NCBI GenBank assembly: GCA_000004695.1
Contig: CM000153.2
Span: 1,664,001-1,728,000, forward strand
Direction: 5' to 3'
Length of the DNA stretch: 64,000 nt
Source: Dictyostelium discoideum
Lineage: Eukaryota
Position numbers and translations under genes: made by a program. The notes under the pieces are model-generated. The model did no database searches. It was not told where the DNA came from and was given only the letters and a program-made list of their open reading frames with translations. This document shows positions 40,996-57,299 of the stretch, piece after piece. Position 1 is the stretch's first letter. Each line of letters starts with the position of its first letter.

Positions 40996-41612
40996 TATTA
41001 ATTATTAATAAAGAATAGGAAAAACAAAAAAAAAAAAAATTCGATTAAAAAAAATTTAAAAACAAAAAAAATAAAAAAAAAAACAAAAAATTAAAAAAAA
41101 AAAGAAAATTCTAATAGGGGAATCTACAAAAAAAAAAAAAAAAAAAAAAAAAATAAAAAAAAAAAAAAATAATTAAATGAAAATAAAAAATAGATAATGG
41201 TTTTAATTCTACTACCCTTTTGGTTTAAATTATTCCCAATTGGAATAATATCAAAATCAATTTAGAAAAAAAAAAAAAAAAATTGATGTATAAAATTAAA
41301 TTATTTAGGGAAATGTGTTGTTTTTTTTCCTAAAATAGAAACTTTTTTTTTTTTTTTTGAACAATTAAATTTGAGAAAATAAAAAAAAAATAATAATAAC
41401 CCATCCAACTAATTAGAACGAGTATCTCTAAGAGAACCAGATTTATTTTTGATAGTTTTTTGTTTTTTTGTTTTTTTGTTTTTTTTTTTTTTTTTCATTG
41501 AACCCAAGAACAATGACACTCCATTTTATCTTGGAATTTAATTAAAAATTGTGTGTATATATAGGTAATGTTATATTATTTTAAATTATTATTATTATTG
41601 ACAATTACTAAT

Positions 41613-41906
41613 TTAAGCAATAATTGAACATTTCTTTCCAGTTTTTTGAATATTCTTTAATAATTCATCTGCTCCCATTTTTGAACTTTCACAACTGACT
41701 TTTTTATTTTCAAGGTCAATTTGAATATTTGAAACACCATCTAAAATTATTATTTTTGTTTTTTTATTATTATTATTTTATTTTTTTTTTTTTATTTTTT
41801 TTTTTTTTTGTTGTTTTGTTTTTAAATTTTAAAAAATAGTGTGTTAATAGTTACCAATTTTAGATAAGATGGCATTTACAGCTTTTGAGCAACCACCACA
41901 TGTCAT
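41613..41906 (-). CDS. ATX1/ATOX1-type copper chaperone (HMA domain); join(41613..41740,41855..41906), 59 aa
   Basis: MTCGGCSKAVNAILSKI|DGVSNIQIDLENKKVSCESSKMGADELLKNIQKTGKKCSIIA. The MxCxxC metal-binding motif and overall fold match ATOX1. One phase-1 intron (GTAACT…TTTAG). Confidence 0.75.
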
Positions 41907-42068
41907 ATCAACGAAAAAGGAATACTGGAAATATAAGTATACAGGTTAAACATTATTAATAATCTTATATTAAATTATTGTAAAAAAAATAAAAAAAATA
42001 AAAATAAAAAAAACTTTTTTACATACAGTCATTTTATTGTTTTAATTTGTTTTATATTAATTCACTGT

Positions 42069-42106
<38 letters not shown>

Positions 42107-42233
42107 AAAATAAAAAAAATTAAAAAATTAAAAAAAAAAAAATTAAAAATTAAAAAAAAAAAAATAAAAAAGGTTCCCTTTAAATTTTTTTTAAATCATA
42201 TTGATCTCAGGTTGGCAAACTTTTTATTATTAT

Positions 42234-42281
<48 letters not shown>

Positions 42282-42722
42282 AAATAAATAAAAACAAATA
42301 AATAAATAAAAAAAAAAAAACAGAAATATAAATATAAATATACATCTTCTTCAGTTTCATCTTTATAGAAATCTCTTTCTCTAATTTCATTTATTAAATT
42401 GTAAATCACCCATTTTAATAATGTGTGAGTTATATTTAAAAATGAAATTAGAGAAAGGGATTTTCATGAAGATGAAGCTGAAGAAGATTGTCCAACAAGT
42501 TGTTCAAGTGATGACCATGATGACACTTAAAAAGACAATAGAACAGGTCCAAATGATGTAAAATCCTTTATTCAAGTTAAAAAAAGCTTCAAATAATTTC
42601 AAAAAAACAAATAAAAAAAAAAAAAAAGAACTCTTTAAAAACAAGAAATATTTTTATTTTATTTTTTTTTATTTTATTTTCTCTTTTTTTTATTACTATT
42701 ACTATTTGTTTTTTTTTGGTTT

Positions 42723-42765
<43 letters not shown>

Positions 42766-43061
42766 GTTGATTTTAAAAAAAAAATAAAAAAATAAAAAAA
42801 AAAATTAATTTTTTTAAAAATTTTTTTTTTTTTAAAAAATTTTTTTTTTTTTTTTTTTTTTTTTTCTCAATAATAACTAAAAATAATACGCCACAAAGTC
42901 AAAAGAGTATTGTTTTTGCTATATCATATAGTATATAGATAATCGTTAAAATTATATATTTAATATATTTTATAAAAAATTAAAGTAAAAAATAATAATA
43001 ATAATAATAAAGAAATTTAATATATAAACAAAAAAAAAGAGACAAAGAGAGAGAAAATAAA

Positions 43062-43391
43062 ATGAATATCTTTTTTAATAAAAAACAAAAGACCCCATCA
43101 GAATTGGTTAAATCCATTAAAGAAAGCCTTGCTTCAATGGATAAAAGTGGTCCAAACTCTAAATCAACCGAAAAGGTAAGCTATTTTTAATCATTGGAAT
43201 CATTTTCTATTTATATCTTATTTTTAAAAATAAAATAAAATAAAATAAAATAAAATAAAATAAAATAAAAAAAAAAAAAAGATCATACCACAGTGACTAT
43301 CAATTTTTTTTTTCTTTTACTCTTTCTTTCCTTCTTTCTTCCTTAATAAATATTAACATTATCACACCCTCCTTCAATTTAATCAAAAAAA

Positions 43392-43423
<32 letters not shown>

Positions 43424-44242
43424 AAAAGGCATCAGAAGAAATTTCAAAATGTTTACAAGAGATTAAAAAGATATTACATGGTGATTCAGAGCATGAACCA
43501 AATCAAGAGGTTGTTGCTGTATTATCAAATGAAATATGTACCAGTGATTTGGTACAAATCCTTATTAAAGATTTAAACAAACTCGAGTTTGAAGCTAAAA
43601 AAGATGTAGCTCAAATTTTCAATATTTTATTAAGACATAAAAATGGTGCTCGTTCACCAATTGTAGAATATATCGCTAAAAATCCAGAAATTTTAGATTC
43701 ATTAGTTAAAGGGTAATTAGTACTTAAATATAGTATAATAGACAGATAAAATATACATACCTACAGGAGTGATCGATCGATAGATAGGTAGATAGATATA
43801 TAGATAAATAAATAATTATAGGAAGATAGTGATAGTTTAGTAATAATAGAAAATATCATTCCTCCCTCCCTCCAATTAATATCAAATACTGACATAAAAT
43901 ACCTAAATAAACACATACATACATACATACATAAATAATCATTTATTTTAAATTATTAGTTACGAACAACAGGATATTGCATTAAATTGTGGTACAATGC
44001 TTAGGGAATGTATCAAGCATGAATCATTGGCTAAAATTTTAATATATTCACCAAACTTTTGGGAGTTCTTTGAATTTGTTGAAGTTTCAAATTTTGATGT
44101 TGCTTCTGATACATTTGCCACCTTTAAAGAGATTTTAACAAAACATAAAACACTTAGCGCTGAATTTTTAGAAAAGAATTACGATCAGGTATATTTCATA
44201 TATATATTTATTTATTTTTAGTCATAGGATAAATTATTCTAA

Positions 44243-44275
<33 letters not shown>

Positions 44276-44396
44276 CTTTCTCTCTTTTCTTTTTTTTTCT
44301 CCTTTCAATCAATAATACAGGTTTTTGAAAAATATACTACTTTATTAAACTCACAAAATTATGTTACAAGAAGACAATCTATCAAGGTAAATAATA

Positions 44397-44465
<69 letters not shown>

Positions 44466-44958
44466 CAGCAATAGTTTATATAGTAAGAGAGTTTTTTTAG
44501 TTTTTAAGAGTTCTATAGCTTTTAGGTGAGCTTTTATTAGATCGTTCAAATTTTAATATTATGCCGTTTATATATCAGTTCAGCAGCAAACCTTAAATTC
44601 ATGATGAACCTTTTAAGAGATAAATCAAAGAGTATTCAATATGAAGCATTCCATGTTTTCAAAGTTTTTGTTGCTAACCCAAACAAAACAAAACCAATCC
44701 TTGAAATTTTAACTAAAAACAAAGAGAAATTAATAGCTTTCTTATCACAATTCCATAATGATAAAGGTATATTTAAATTTATTTTTTTTTTTTTTTTCAA
44801 AAAAAAAAAAAAAAAAAAAAAAAAAAGAAAACATCCCCCCTAACTATAGTTATTATTATTTATTATTATTTTATAAATTATTAATAAAAACAGAGGAAGA
44901 TCAATTCAGTGACGAAAAGAATTTCTTGGTTAAACAAATTCAAGCTATCCAAGGATAA
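43062..44958 (+). CDS. MO25/CAB39 (scaffold for STE20-like kinases); join(43062..43175,43429..43712,43960..44188,44321..44386,44519..44766,44894..44958); ~334 aa after removing one extra base in exon 5
   Basis: Colinear with human CAB39: …[15 protein letters not shown]…, [100 protein letters not shown]. All junctions GT…AG. A +1 frame slip between …NFNIM and YISSAANLK (7 nt where 6 are expected). Confidence 0.85.
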
Positions 44959-44970
44959 ACTTTTTTTTTA

Positions 44971-45001
<31 letters not shown>

Positions 45002-45282
45002 TTATTACTTTTTTTTATCTTTATCATAAAAATATATCATCAATCACTATCCATAATCGCTCAAATAATAATAATAATAATAATAATAAAATAATAATGA
45101 TAATAACAATTCAAAAATTAATAACCAACCTGTAGTTTTTTAAAAATCCAAATAAATAAAAAAAAAAAAAAAAAAAAAAAATAGTAACAATAATAAAAAA
45201 AAACAAATTAAAAAAAAAATAACAAACAAGTAAATACATTTAAATAAATAGCAACGTATAGAAGAGCCATCTAAACTTTGTA

Positions 45283-45324
<42 letters not shown>

Positions 45325-45609
45325 ATAATAATGATTTTTTTTGTTGACTTGTTTTTTATTTATTATTATTTTTTTTAAAAAAGTGAGGTTAGTTTCCAAA
45401 GTTAATATGTATTTAAATCATTTGGGAATAATTAAAAAAAAAAAAAAATGGCTTTATTTAGATTATAAACATTAAAATTAATTAAAAAACATGGGATATT
45501 GTGTAAAAAAATATTTATAAATTGCACATATATTGACATTCCAATTTGTTATTCTAAAAGTAATAAAATACAATAAATTTTTATTTTGGGAAAATAATAA
45601 CAATAACAG

Positions 45610-45653
<44 letters not shown>

Positions 45654-46382
45654 TTTAAGTTTTAATTTTATGAGAATTAAATTAATAAAATAATTTTTTT
45701 TTTTATTTATTTATTATATTTTTTTTTAATCCTAACCTAATTACTCATAGCTTGAATATTACAATTTTTTAAAATAATAATTTTATTTTAAATAATAAGG
45801 AACTCCTTTTTAAGAAAATTATTATTCCAAAGTTAAAAATTCTTTATAAAATAATTAGTTTTAATTTAATTTCAATTTTTTTTAATTAATAACTCATTTA
45901 TTTTTAATAATTATCATTTTAAAAAATTTCCTTAAAATATTTGTTTAAGAAATAACTTTATTAAATCCATCAATACTTAATTTTACCAGCCAAAGAATGA
46001 AATATTGAATTATTTTGGAAAATATTGAATAGAAAAAAGTAAAAAAAATAAATATTAGAATATAAAATTTTTTTTTTTTTTTTTTAAAATTTAAGTTAAG
46101 ATCATTTATAATGGTAAAGAGAAGGACTGGTTTAAAAATTATACATAAACCCAGGATTTCAATTTATAATAATAAAAAAAAAAAAAAAACATTGTTTTGA
46201 AATCTCGCTAAATGTCACCATTGAATCAAAATCACTTCCCAAAAAAAAAAAAAAAATAAAAAAAATAAAAATAAAATAAAAAAAAAAAAAATAAAATAAA
46301 ATAAAATTTATTTTTATTTTAATTAAATATAATTTTTGGCCCCTTCCATGCGAATCGATAATCTATCTCCTTAAAATTATAT

Positions 46383-46432
<50 letters not shown>

Positions 46433-47369
46433 AAAAAAATCTACTATGTATGAATTTTTTTTTTTTTTTTTTTTAATTATTTTAAAATATTCATAGATAG
46501 TTAAACAAATAAAATAGATAATTATAATTATAATTGAAATTAAAAGAGAATTTTCTTTTTTTTTTTTTTTTTAAAAAAAAAATAAAATAAATAAAAATAA
46601 AATAAAATAAAAATATTATAAAAGGTAATTATAAAATAAATTAAATAAAATTTTATTTATTAATATATTTTTTTTATTTTAATTTTTTTAATTTTTTTTT
46701 TATTTATTTTTCATTAATAATTTGAATTTTTTTTTGTTGTTGTTATTGTTTTGTTTTGTATTGTTGTTTTGTTTTGTTTTTTTTTTTTTTTTTTTTTTTT
46801 TTTATTAAAAATTTTATTTTAATCACAACCACTACCCCAAAACATATGTTGACAATACCCCCTCAACTACTTTTTTTAATAACCTTAACACATTATTTTT
46901 TTACATTTATTCGGTTCTCTGATCTCATAATAATTTTTTTTTTTTAATTCAATTTTATTTTTTTATTATTTTTTAATTTTAATTAATTTTATTTAATTTT
47001 TTTTCTTTTTTCTTTTTTTTTTTTTTTTTTTGTAACATTTATTTTTTATAATAATAAATTTATTCAATATTGTTGTGCAAGGTTAATAAAATATAGACAG
47101 TTTAATTTATATATACTTACCAATAATTAAACAAAAAAACAAAAAAAAAAAAATAAATAATTAAATAAATAAATAAAAAAAAAAATTAAAATTAAAATTA
47201 AAAAATTAAATAGAACAATCAAAACAATATAAATATATATATATATAATTTTTTTTTTTTTTTTTTTTTTAAAAAAAATAAACAAATAAATAAATAATTT
47301 AGAAATATCATTCAAGAATAAAATAATATTAAAAATATATAAAAACCAAAAAAATTCAAGATTATTAAA

Positions 47370-47534
47370 ATGACATCTATAATTCAATCACCACCTCTAA
47401 ATTCAAAAAAGCCCCATCTTAGCCAAGATGATAGAATCAACAAAAACAACAACAACAACAATAAAATGATTTTCCAAAAAAGAACTATTGCCGATAATCA
47501 AATTCAATCACCATTAATTGGTCATTATAAATTA

Positions 47535-47602
<68 letters not shown>

Positions 47603-48269
47603 CAATAGTTCATCGAACAACAACATCAATAATAATAATTTAGTGGTCGATGAATGTTGTGAAAAAACTGAACAAATAGAAACTAAAGAAACCATAACCA
47701 AAGTTGAAGATAATCTTAATTTAGAGGTAGATGTTGATAAAGAGATTGAAAATGAAATAGCAAAATACCAACATCTATTATCTACATCTACAATTTTTAA
47801 TGGAATATGTCAAGATTACACTGATGAAAGTGATAATAGCGATGAAGAAAATGTTGATGATGACGATGAAGAGGAAGATAATAAAAAACAAAAAGAGGAA
47901 TGTGAAGAAGAAGAAGAGGAGGAGTGTGAAGAGGAAGAAGAAGAAGATTCTGATGAAGATTCTGACGATGATGATTCAGATGACTCTGAAGATTCCGATT
48001 ATGTTGAAGAATCAATTTTAAATAATTGTTTAAGACAACAACAACAAATCAATCATAATGGTTTTATGAATAAGAAATATAATTATATAGATACAAACTC
48101 TTATTTCTTTTCAAGACAACAACAACAACAACCTCAAAAAATCAATCATATTTACGCTGATACTTCATTAAGAATGGAGTTAATTGAATTATTAACTGTA
48201 ATGAAAAATAATGAAAGAGAAAAAGGAAATATGGTTGAAGATGTTTGTGTTCATGAAATTTTTTTATAA
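47370..48269 (+). CDS. hypothetical acidic low-complexity protein (poly-N, D/E-rich), 299 aa
   Basis: ORF only; Dictyostelium-like composition; no family recognised. Confidence 0.3.
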
Positions 48270-48490
48270 ATTTAAAAGAATATTAAAAATGATCACTTTC
48301 ATGTGTATATAAATAAAAAAAATAATATCAATTTCATATTTATTTTTGCGAATTTTGTCTATATTAAAAAGTAAAATAAAAAAAAAAAAAAAATTTAAAA
48401 AAAAAAAAAAAGACTATTATAATTTTTAATTTATATGTCACCCATATAAAAAATATCGATTAATTTATTATTATTATTATTTTTTTTTAA

Positions 48491-50131
48491 TTAACTTTCA
48501 AAATAAACTTGAAGTAAACTATCTTCAGCAGGTACACCAACTCTTAATACCATAGTACCTAACATACTTCTACAACCTTGACCAGTATGAACATAAAGAT
48601 AATTATTACCATTTCTCCAAAGTGAATAATCTGGAATACCAGTGATACCAACCATTGTTAATGAGAGTAAATCTGAACGAATACCAATTTGACCACCATG
48701 AGTATGACCAGAGAAAGTGATACAACCATAATCGGTTGGAATGAATTTAAAAGAACCAGGATCATGAAGTAATGCAATTCTTGGTATACCTTGGATGGGT
48801 GGATAAGCAGAACAAACCTCATGGATATGTTGTTGTCTTGCTTTATTTCTATAGTCAAAACCAGTGATTTGAATTTTGCCAATACGAGTTTCAACCAAAA
48901 CACTTTGATCAATTAAAAGTGGACATTGAATCGTCTTTAAAGCTCTCTCTAAAATTTCCATACAACCTTCCTCTAAATCATGATTTCCAACACAAGCGAA
49001 AACCTTTCCATGTGGTAGTTTCTTTAATGGTGCCAATGCTATCTCCAAGGTATTCTCTGGATTGAATGATTCGGATGTAAAGAAATCACCAGTTAATAGT
49101 ACTAAATCTGGATTTAATTTAACGGTACTCTCACAAATCTCTGTTAAACGTTCACATGACATCATTGGACCTAAATGTGGATCTGCGATTTGAATGATCG
49201 AGAGTGGTTGTTTAAAGTCTACAATTTGCTCATTGTGATCTGATAATGGTTGGATTTTAACACGTTTTAATGATTTCTTTGGTGTTATCAATTGTTCATT
49301 CTCCATCTCTTCATTTGATGATGTTTTCAAATAGATGTCTTTTACTTGCCATTTATTTGGTGGACGTGTTATAAGTGTTTGATATAACCCGATTATACTT
49401 AACACCAATGGTATTAACATTATAAACATACCAACCAATGATGGAATGAATGGTACAACCAAATAGAATGGTATCGATAGTATCATTGTTGTGAAGAATA
49501 CCGATGATGGATACGACACTAAATATAAATAAAGTTTTGGACGCATTTTACATTTTGATAATACTAAATGTTGAATGTAAACAGTTGAGTGTAAATAAAT
49601 CAATATGAGCAATGGTAGCCACATAATGCCTCGGTATCTATACCCACTGACAGCATTGTTCTCTTGATCCACCACAAAGAATGGTCTTAAAATGTACATT
49701 GAAAAAAGTATGTTGTAAAGTGAATAGAATGAAAATGATACTGCCATTAATGCAGTGATACCTTTTGATCTTATAAATGGGGAGAATCCCTTCTTCCTAT
49801 AGAAATATATTAAAATTGGTACCAATATCAACCATGATGGTAATCCAAATATATAAAATGGTAATGTTAATCTTCCTTTAACTCTTGCTGCCAATACAAA
49901 TGAAATCGTTGGTAATGATATTGCCAATAAAACAATTACTATCTTTGCAAATTTACTAACTGGATGTCCAATTGATTTCTCTGTTTCTTTATTTAAATTA
50001 CATTTTGCTTCAATATATTTATATGGTTGATTTGATTGATCTGTTGTTGTTGTTGTTGTTGTTGTCGATGGTTCATCCCATTCTTTCATTAAAGACATTT
50101 GTTGTTGTTGTTTTTCTTTTCTATTTTTCAT
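48491..50131 (-). CDS. transmembrane protein with calcineurin-like metallophosphoesterase domain (TMPPE-like), single exon, 546 aa
   Basis: Multiple hydrophobic helices in the N-terminal half. C-terminal IADPHLGP…TGDF…GNHD…GHTHGG are the metallophosphatase motifs. Confidence 0.7.
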   Translation of the reverse strand: MKNRKEKQQQQMSLMKEWDEPSTTTTTTTTDQSNQPYKYIEAKCNLNKETEKSIGHPVSKFAKIVIVLLAISLPTISFVLAARVKGRLTLPFYIFGLPSWLILVPILIYFYRKKGFSPFIRSKGITALMAVSFSFYSLYNILFSMYILRPFFVVDQENNAVSGYRYRGIMWLPLLILIYLHSTVYIQHLVLSKCKMRPKLYLYLVSYPSSVFFTTMILSIPFYLVVPFIPSLVGMFIMLIPLVLSIIGLYQTLITRPPNKWQVKDIYLKTSSNEEMENEQLITPKKSLKRVKIQPLSDHNEQIVDFKQPLSIIQIADPHLGPMMSCERLTEICESTVKLNPDLVLLTGDFFTSESFNPENTLEIALAPLKKLPHGKVFACVGNHDLEEGCMEILERALKTIQCPLLIDQSVLVETRIGKIQITGFDYRNKARQQHIHEVCSAYPPIQGIPRIALLHDPGSFKFIPTDYGCITFSGHTHGGQIGIRSDLLSLTMVGITGIPDYSLWRNGNNYLYVHTGQGCRSMLGTMVLRVGVPAEDSLLQVYFES

Positions 50132-50782
50132 TCATAGAAATAATCAAAATATTTTGATTATATTTTAAAAAATAGTATTTATATATATTTATTTAATTTT
50201 TGTTTAATTAAAAATATAAAAATAAAAAAAAAAAAATAATTGCGACCTTGGGTTTTTTTTTTTGTTTTTTTTTTTAAATTTTCAGAAAAAAAAAAAAAAA
50301 TAAAAATAAAAATGAAAAATAAATAAAATTAAAATAAAATAAGATAAATTATTAATTCTTTGAAGCATTTATTTTATAAATAAAACAAATTATTGTTTAA
50401 TTTTAATTTTAATTTTTTTATTTTTTTATTCTTTTAAAAATTTTATTTTGATTATTTAAACATTTAAAAATTTTTTATTTTATTTTTTTCTTTTATTTAG
50501 GTAAAGTAGGAACTCATATTGACTAGATAATTTTAAAAAATAAATAAATAAATAAATAATAAATAAAAAATAATAATAATAAATAATTAAATAAAAAAAT
50601 AAATAATAAAGGTAATTAAAAATATATCTAGATATTTTTTATTCGTGATTATTTATTTTTCAAAATGGAAATTTAAAAAAATTAATATTTTTTTTTTTTT
50701 TTTTTTTTTTTCATTTTTTTTTTTATTTTTAATTTTTTTTATTTTTTTAAACTGTTTTTCACACTGATCACAACTTCAGTAA

Positions 50783-52647
<1,865 letters not shown>

Positions 52648-52706
52648 ATAAATAAATGCATGTTACATTATAATTAAAACAATAAAATAAAACTGGAAAA
52701 GAAGAA

Positions 52707-52737
<31 letters not shown>

Positions 52738-53118
52738 TTAATTAAATTTAATTTAATTTAATTTAATTATTACATATAGTTTTATTTTATTTTAAAAAAA
52801 AAAATAAAATAAAATAAAAAAAGTTTACCAAATATTAATTTATTTTAATTGATTAATTTTTTTGATTTTTTTTTTGATTAAAAAATATTCAATCCAATCC
52901 GGATTAAATCAACCAATTCCACGAAATAAACGATTTTTTTATTTTTTTATTTTTTAATATTTATTTTTTTTTTTTTTTTTTTTTTTTTTCCCAATTTTTT
53001 CACTCAACAAATCTCTAAATAAAAAAAAAAAAATACTACACACATATATATATTTATTTAATATATTTATTTAGATGTTCTAATGTTGTATATATATATA
53101 TATATATAAAATTTATAA

Positions 53119-53583
53119 ATGATAATATATTTAAGAACTGATGGATATTATAGTGGCAAAGAAAAGATATCAATAGTAAATGAAAATGTTAGATCAAAAT
53201 TAATTAGATGTAGAAGTTATGTAGTTGACAAATATTCAGATAAACAATTATTATTTTTAAATGGTAAAGTATTGAATGTGCATAAATCATTCTCAGAGAA
53301 TAACATTAAAGAAGGTGATGTAATAGAATGTTCAATGTTTCCATTGGCAACAGTTATCATTCATTATTTAGAACGTAAAATCATTGAACAATGTAAACAA
53401 ATGAAGACATCTGAACCCCAATCTTATTTCAATATGGGTACACTTAGGAAAAATTTAAGAATGGTTAGTGATAATTTCGATAAAATTAAATCTTATCAAT
53501 CTGATGGTTTAAATGGTTTAAAATTATTATTTAAAGATAATGGTAGTATGTATTATTCAATATTTTCATTTTACCTCTATTAA
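53119..53583 (+). CDS. hypothetical protein (154 aa), possibly a separate small gene upstream of the ERCC4-domain gene
   Basis: ORF with ordinary (not low-complexity) composition; no motif recognised. Confidence 0.3.
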   Translation: MIIYLRTDGYYSGKEKISIVNENVRSKLIRCRSYVVDKYSDKQLLFLNGKVLNVHKSFSENNIKEGDVIECSMFPLATVIIHYLERKIIEQCKQMKTSEPQSYFNMGTLRKNLRMVSDNFDKIKSYQSDGLNGLKLLFKDNGSMYYSIFSFYLY

Positions 53584-53685
53584 TTATCCTACCCCCATAC
53601 TAATAATACCAATAAACAAAAAAAAAAAAAAAAAGTTTCACACAATGAAATTCAAGAGATTTACTTTAATTATGAAACTTTTGAT

Positions 53686-53892
53686 ATGCCTCAAAAAGAT
53701 CCATTGGATCATTTTATATCTAGAATTTATAATAAAACCACATCAACAACATCAATACCAATAGCCTTACCACTTACTAAAAAACCAATTATTAATAATA
53801 ATAATGATGATAGTGGGATAATTGTAAATTTGGACGATAATAATAGTGATGATGAGAGAACACCATCCTCACAGTCATTTTCGACACCTAAA

Positions 53893-53962
<70 letters not shown>

Positions 53963-54687
53963 CATATTCAACACCACAAAAACAACAAGCTCAACCTCAG
54001 CAACAATCATATTCAACACCACAAAAACAACAAACTCAAGTTCAACAACAATCATATTCAACACCACAAAAGCAACAAACTCCTCAACAGCAACAAACTC
54101 AAGTTCAACAACAATCATATTCAATACCACAAAAACAACAAGCTCAAGTTCAACAACAATCATATTCAACGCCACAGAAGCAACAAACTCCTCAACAGCA
54201 ACAAGCTCAAGTCCAACAACAATCATATTCAACGCCACAAAAGCAACCAACTCCTCAAGTTCAACAACAATCATATTCATCAACACCACAAAAGAATACA
54301 AGTTTTGAATTAGATAGTTATTTTGATGTTGATAATGAACTAGAAGTCTTTTCACAACCACAAACACCCTCTCAACAATCTGATAAATCGAAAACAGTTA
54401 TTTCACCTATATCAACACCTAAAAGCAAAATCTCTTTAAATGATTTCTCACTCATTAGTCCAATTTTGAAACACAGTACCAATAAAAGTGACTTGAAAAA
54501 GAACAATAGTTTTGATAAAGACATTGACTTTTTTGAAAATAATTTTAATATAAATGTAAATAGTTTAAATAATAGTCTTGGTAGTAGTCAAAATAGTGCA
54601 ACTATTTCGAATAGCAGTAGTCAAAATAGTATCACTGTCTCCCCAAATAACAGTTCAAATTGTATCAATAACGATAATAATAATAAC

Positions 54688-54718
<31 letters not shown>

Positions 54719-54960
54719 TCAGTAATAATTCTCTTGGGAAGAGACCCCTTTCACTATTCACTTCGACAACATCTAATAAAAAACAAACCACAACAACAAC
54801 TACCACTACTACAACCACCCCTACATCTACAACACCTACCAATAAAAAAAATATAACAGATTATTTTTTAGATGATTCCGAAGATGAAGATATTTTTGTA
54901 TCTTCATTATCTTCACAATCTTCCATGTCAAATAAATCAAATTCATCATTAAATAATTCA

Positions 54961-55025
<65 letters not shown>

Positions 55026-57226
55026 TAATTGTAAAGGAGGAAATTCAGATTTAGATTTTTTAGATGATTTCGATTTCGGTTATGAAGATGAAGAGTTCAT
55101 GTTTGATGAATATTCAATTAAAAAAAGTAGAAATGAACTCTCTTCTTCTTCTTCGCAACCATTTATAAATACATGTATAACTACTTCTACAAAAATAACA
55201 TCAACAAATTCAAATAAATTATTATCAAAATCAGAATCAAGTTTAGATACTTTACTTTTCAAAAAACCAAAAACACCTCAAAAAAAACAGAAACACATTT
55301 CTTCACCTTTGCTTCACTCATCTCAACCAATCCCTTTAACAATGGATTCATCACTTTCAAAAGATATTAAAAATTCATTGATACCAATAAAAACTCAACC
55401 AATAACAACTACCACTTCCACTACCACTACTAATAGTAATACAAATACTACCAATAATAATGATAATAGTATAATAAAAATAGAAAAACCATTTAAAAGA
55501 TTAACAAATGGATCAATACCACCAATATTAATATTAAATGCACCACTACCAAATAGATTTAAATTTAAAAGTAATTTATTAGATTTTAAACCAACATTTC
55601 AATATCCACCATTTTCATTATTGATTTCATTATCAGAGCTAAAGACATCAAAAGGTATAAAGACAGTATCAGTAAAAGAGATTATGGAAGGAGGTCAAAA
55701 CTATACCACTCTATGCGATACTCGTAATCCTGAATTTTCAATTGAATTAAAAACACCAAAATTTGCAATTACCAATACATTGATGGTTAATGATTGTTTA
55801 GAATTGGAGGAAGGTAAAGAAGATTCATTCTATATCACTGATTTAGGTTATCGTTATGCTAGAATATTTCAAGATTATCATAATGATTATTTAGAATTTT
55901 GTAAAGTAAACTCTTTAAGAATTAATGTTGCTCAAAATGATGTAACCATTGTAATTGATTCATCAGAGAAATTATCAAATGAATTTAAAAGAAACTTTAA
56001 TGAAATGGGTATAAATTCAATTAATACTTTTCAATTACCATCTGCTGATTTTATTTTCTTAAAAAAGAATTCAAATAATAATAATAATATCAATAATAAT
56101 AAGAATCATTCATTCTTTAATAATAATAATATTTATGATATTGATAGTGGTGGTAATGCATTAATGTTTCCATATATAATTGAAAGAAAAACTTGGAAAG
56201 ATTTAAGTGCATCAGAAAAGGATGGTCGTAATGCTAGACAAATGACAAAGATGAAAGCTTATGGTAAATTAAAAGGTAGATTCTATTTGGTTGAAGGTGA
56301 ACCTTCAAATTATAATTCAGAATATCAAGTTACAACAATTGAAGAATTAAAAAAGAGATTAGATCTTTTAACTACTGCTGATAATTTTACAATCATTAAA
56401 ACAAATTCACCCTATGATACAACTCGTCAAATTGCTATAATTGCAAAAATGTTATCAACTGATCCAATTTTATCAAATCCTTCAAATTTATTATTATATA
56501 ATGATTTTAAAGATGCTGTAACTAAATCAAATTATGAAAAATATCATCAAAATAATAATATTAATATTAATAATATCAACAATAATATCAATAATAATAA
56601 TCCAATTATGGAATTAGCATTAACACAAATGGCTGATCAAACTGATTTATCAGTTATAGAACATTCAAAATCTAAATCTGAAAAAATATGGTTTCAAATG
56701 ACAATTGATCAATTTAAAGAGTATATTCTATCATCAGATTATAGAGATCAAATTAGAAATACAATGAATAATAATGAATATAGTTCAAAAAGAAAGATTC
56801 TTATTATAAATGAATTTAATAAATTTAAAGTACAACAACAGAAATCTCATAATCAATTATTTCAAGATTACCTTTATCAAAGATATAATAATAGAAGTGT
56901 AAATAATATTTCTAAAAGTTTTAGAAATGAAAAAAGTTTATTACTCTCTGATTATTTAGATAATGATATAATTAATCATTATCTATTACAATTGATTCTA
57001 CATTTTAATCTTCAAATATTTATTCAATTTCATGATAGTGAACGTGGAAATGTTGAATCATTTTCATCATTTTCAAAATCAATTGAAAAAGCAATTCAAC
57101 TAAATCAAGATTATCAACACAATCTAAAATTTAAAACTATATTTGCCAAAACAATTCCAGTTTTTAGATCGATAAAACAACAAAGATTAGAAGATTCAAT
57201 TAATTATAGAAATGAATTAGAAAATT

Positions 57227-57299
<73 letters not shown>

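Noticed and set aside
53846-54367. Overlapping +/- ORFs rich in N, H, Q, V
   Set aside because: Alternative frames of the CAA/CAG-type repeat inside the ERCC4-domain gene's low-complexity N-terminus.
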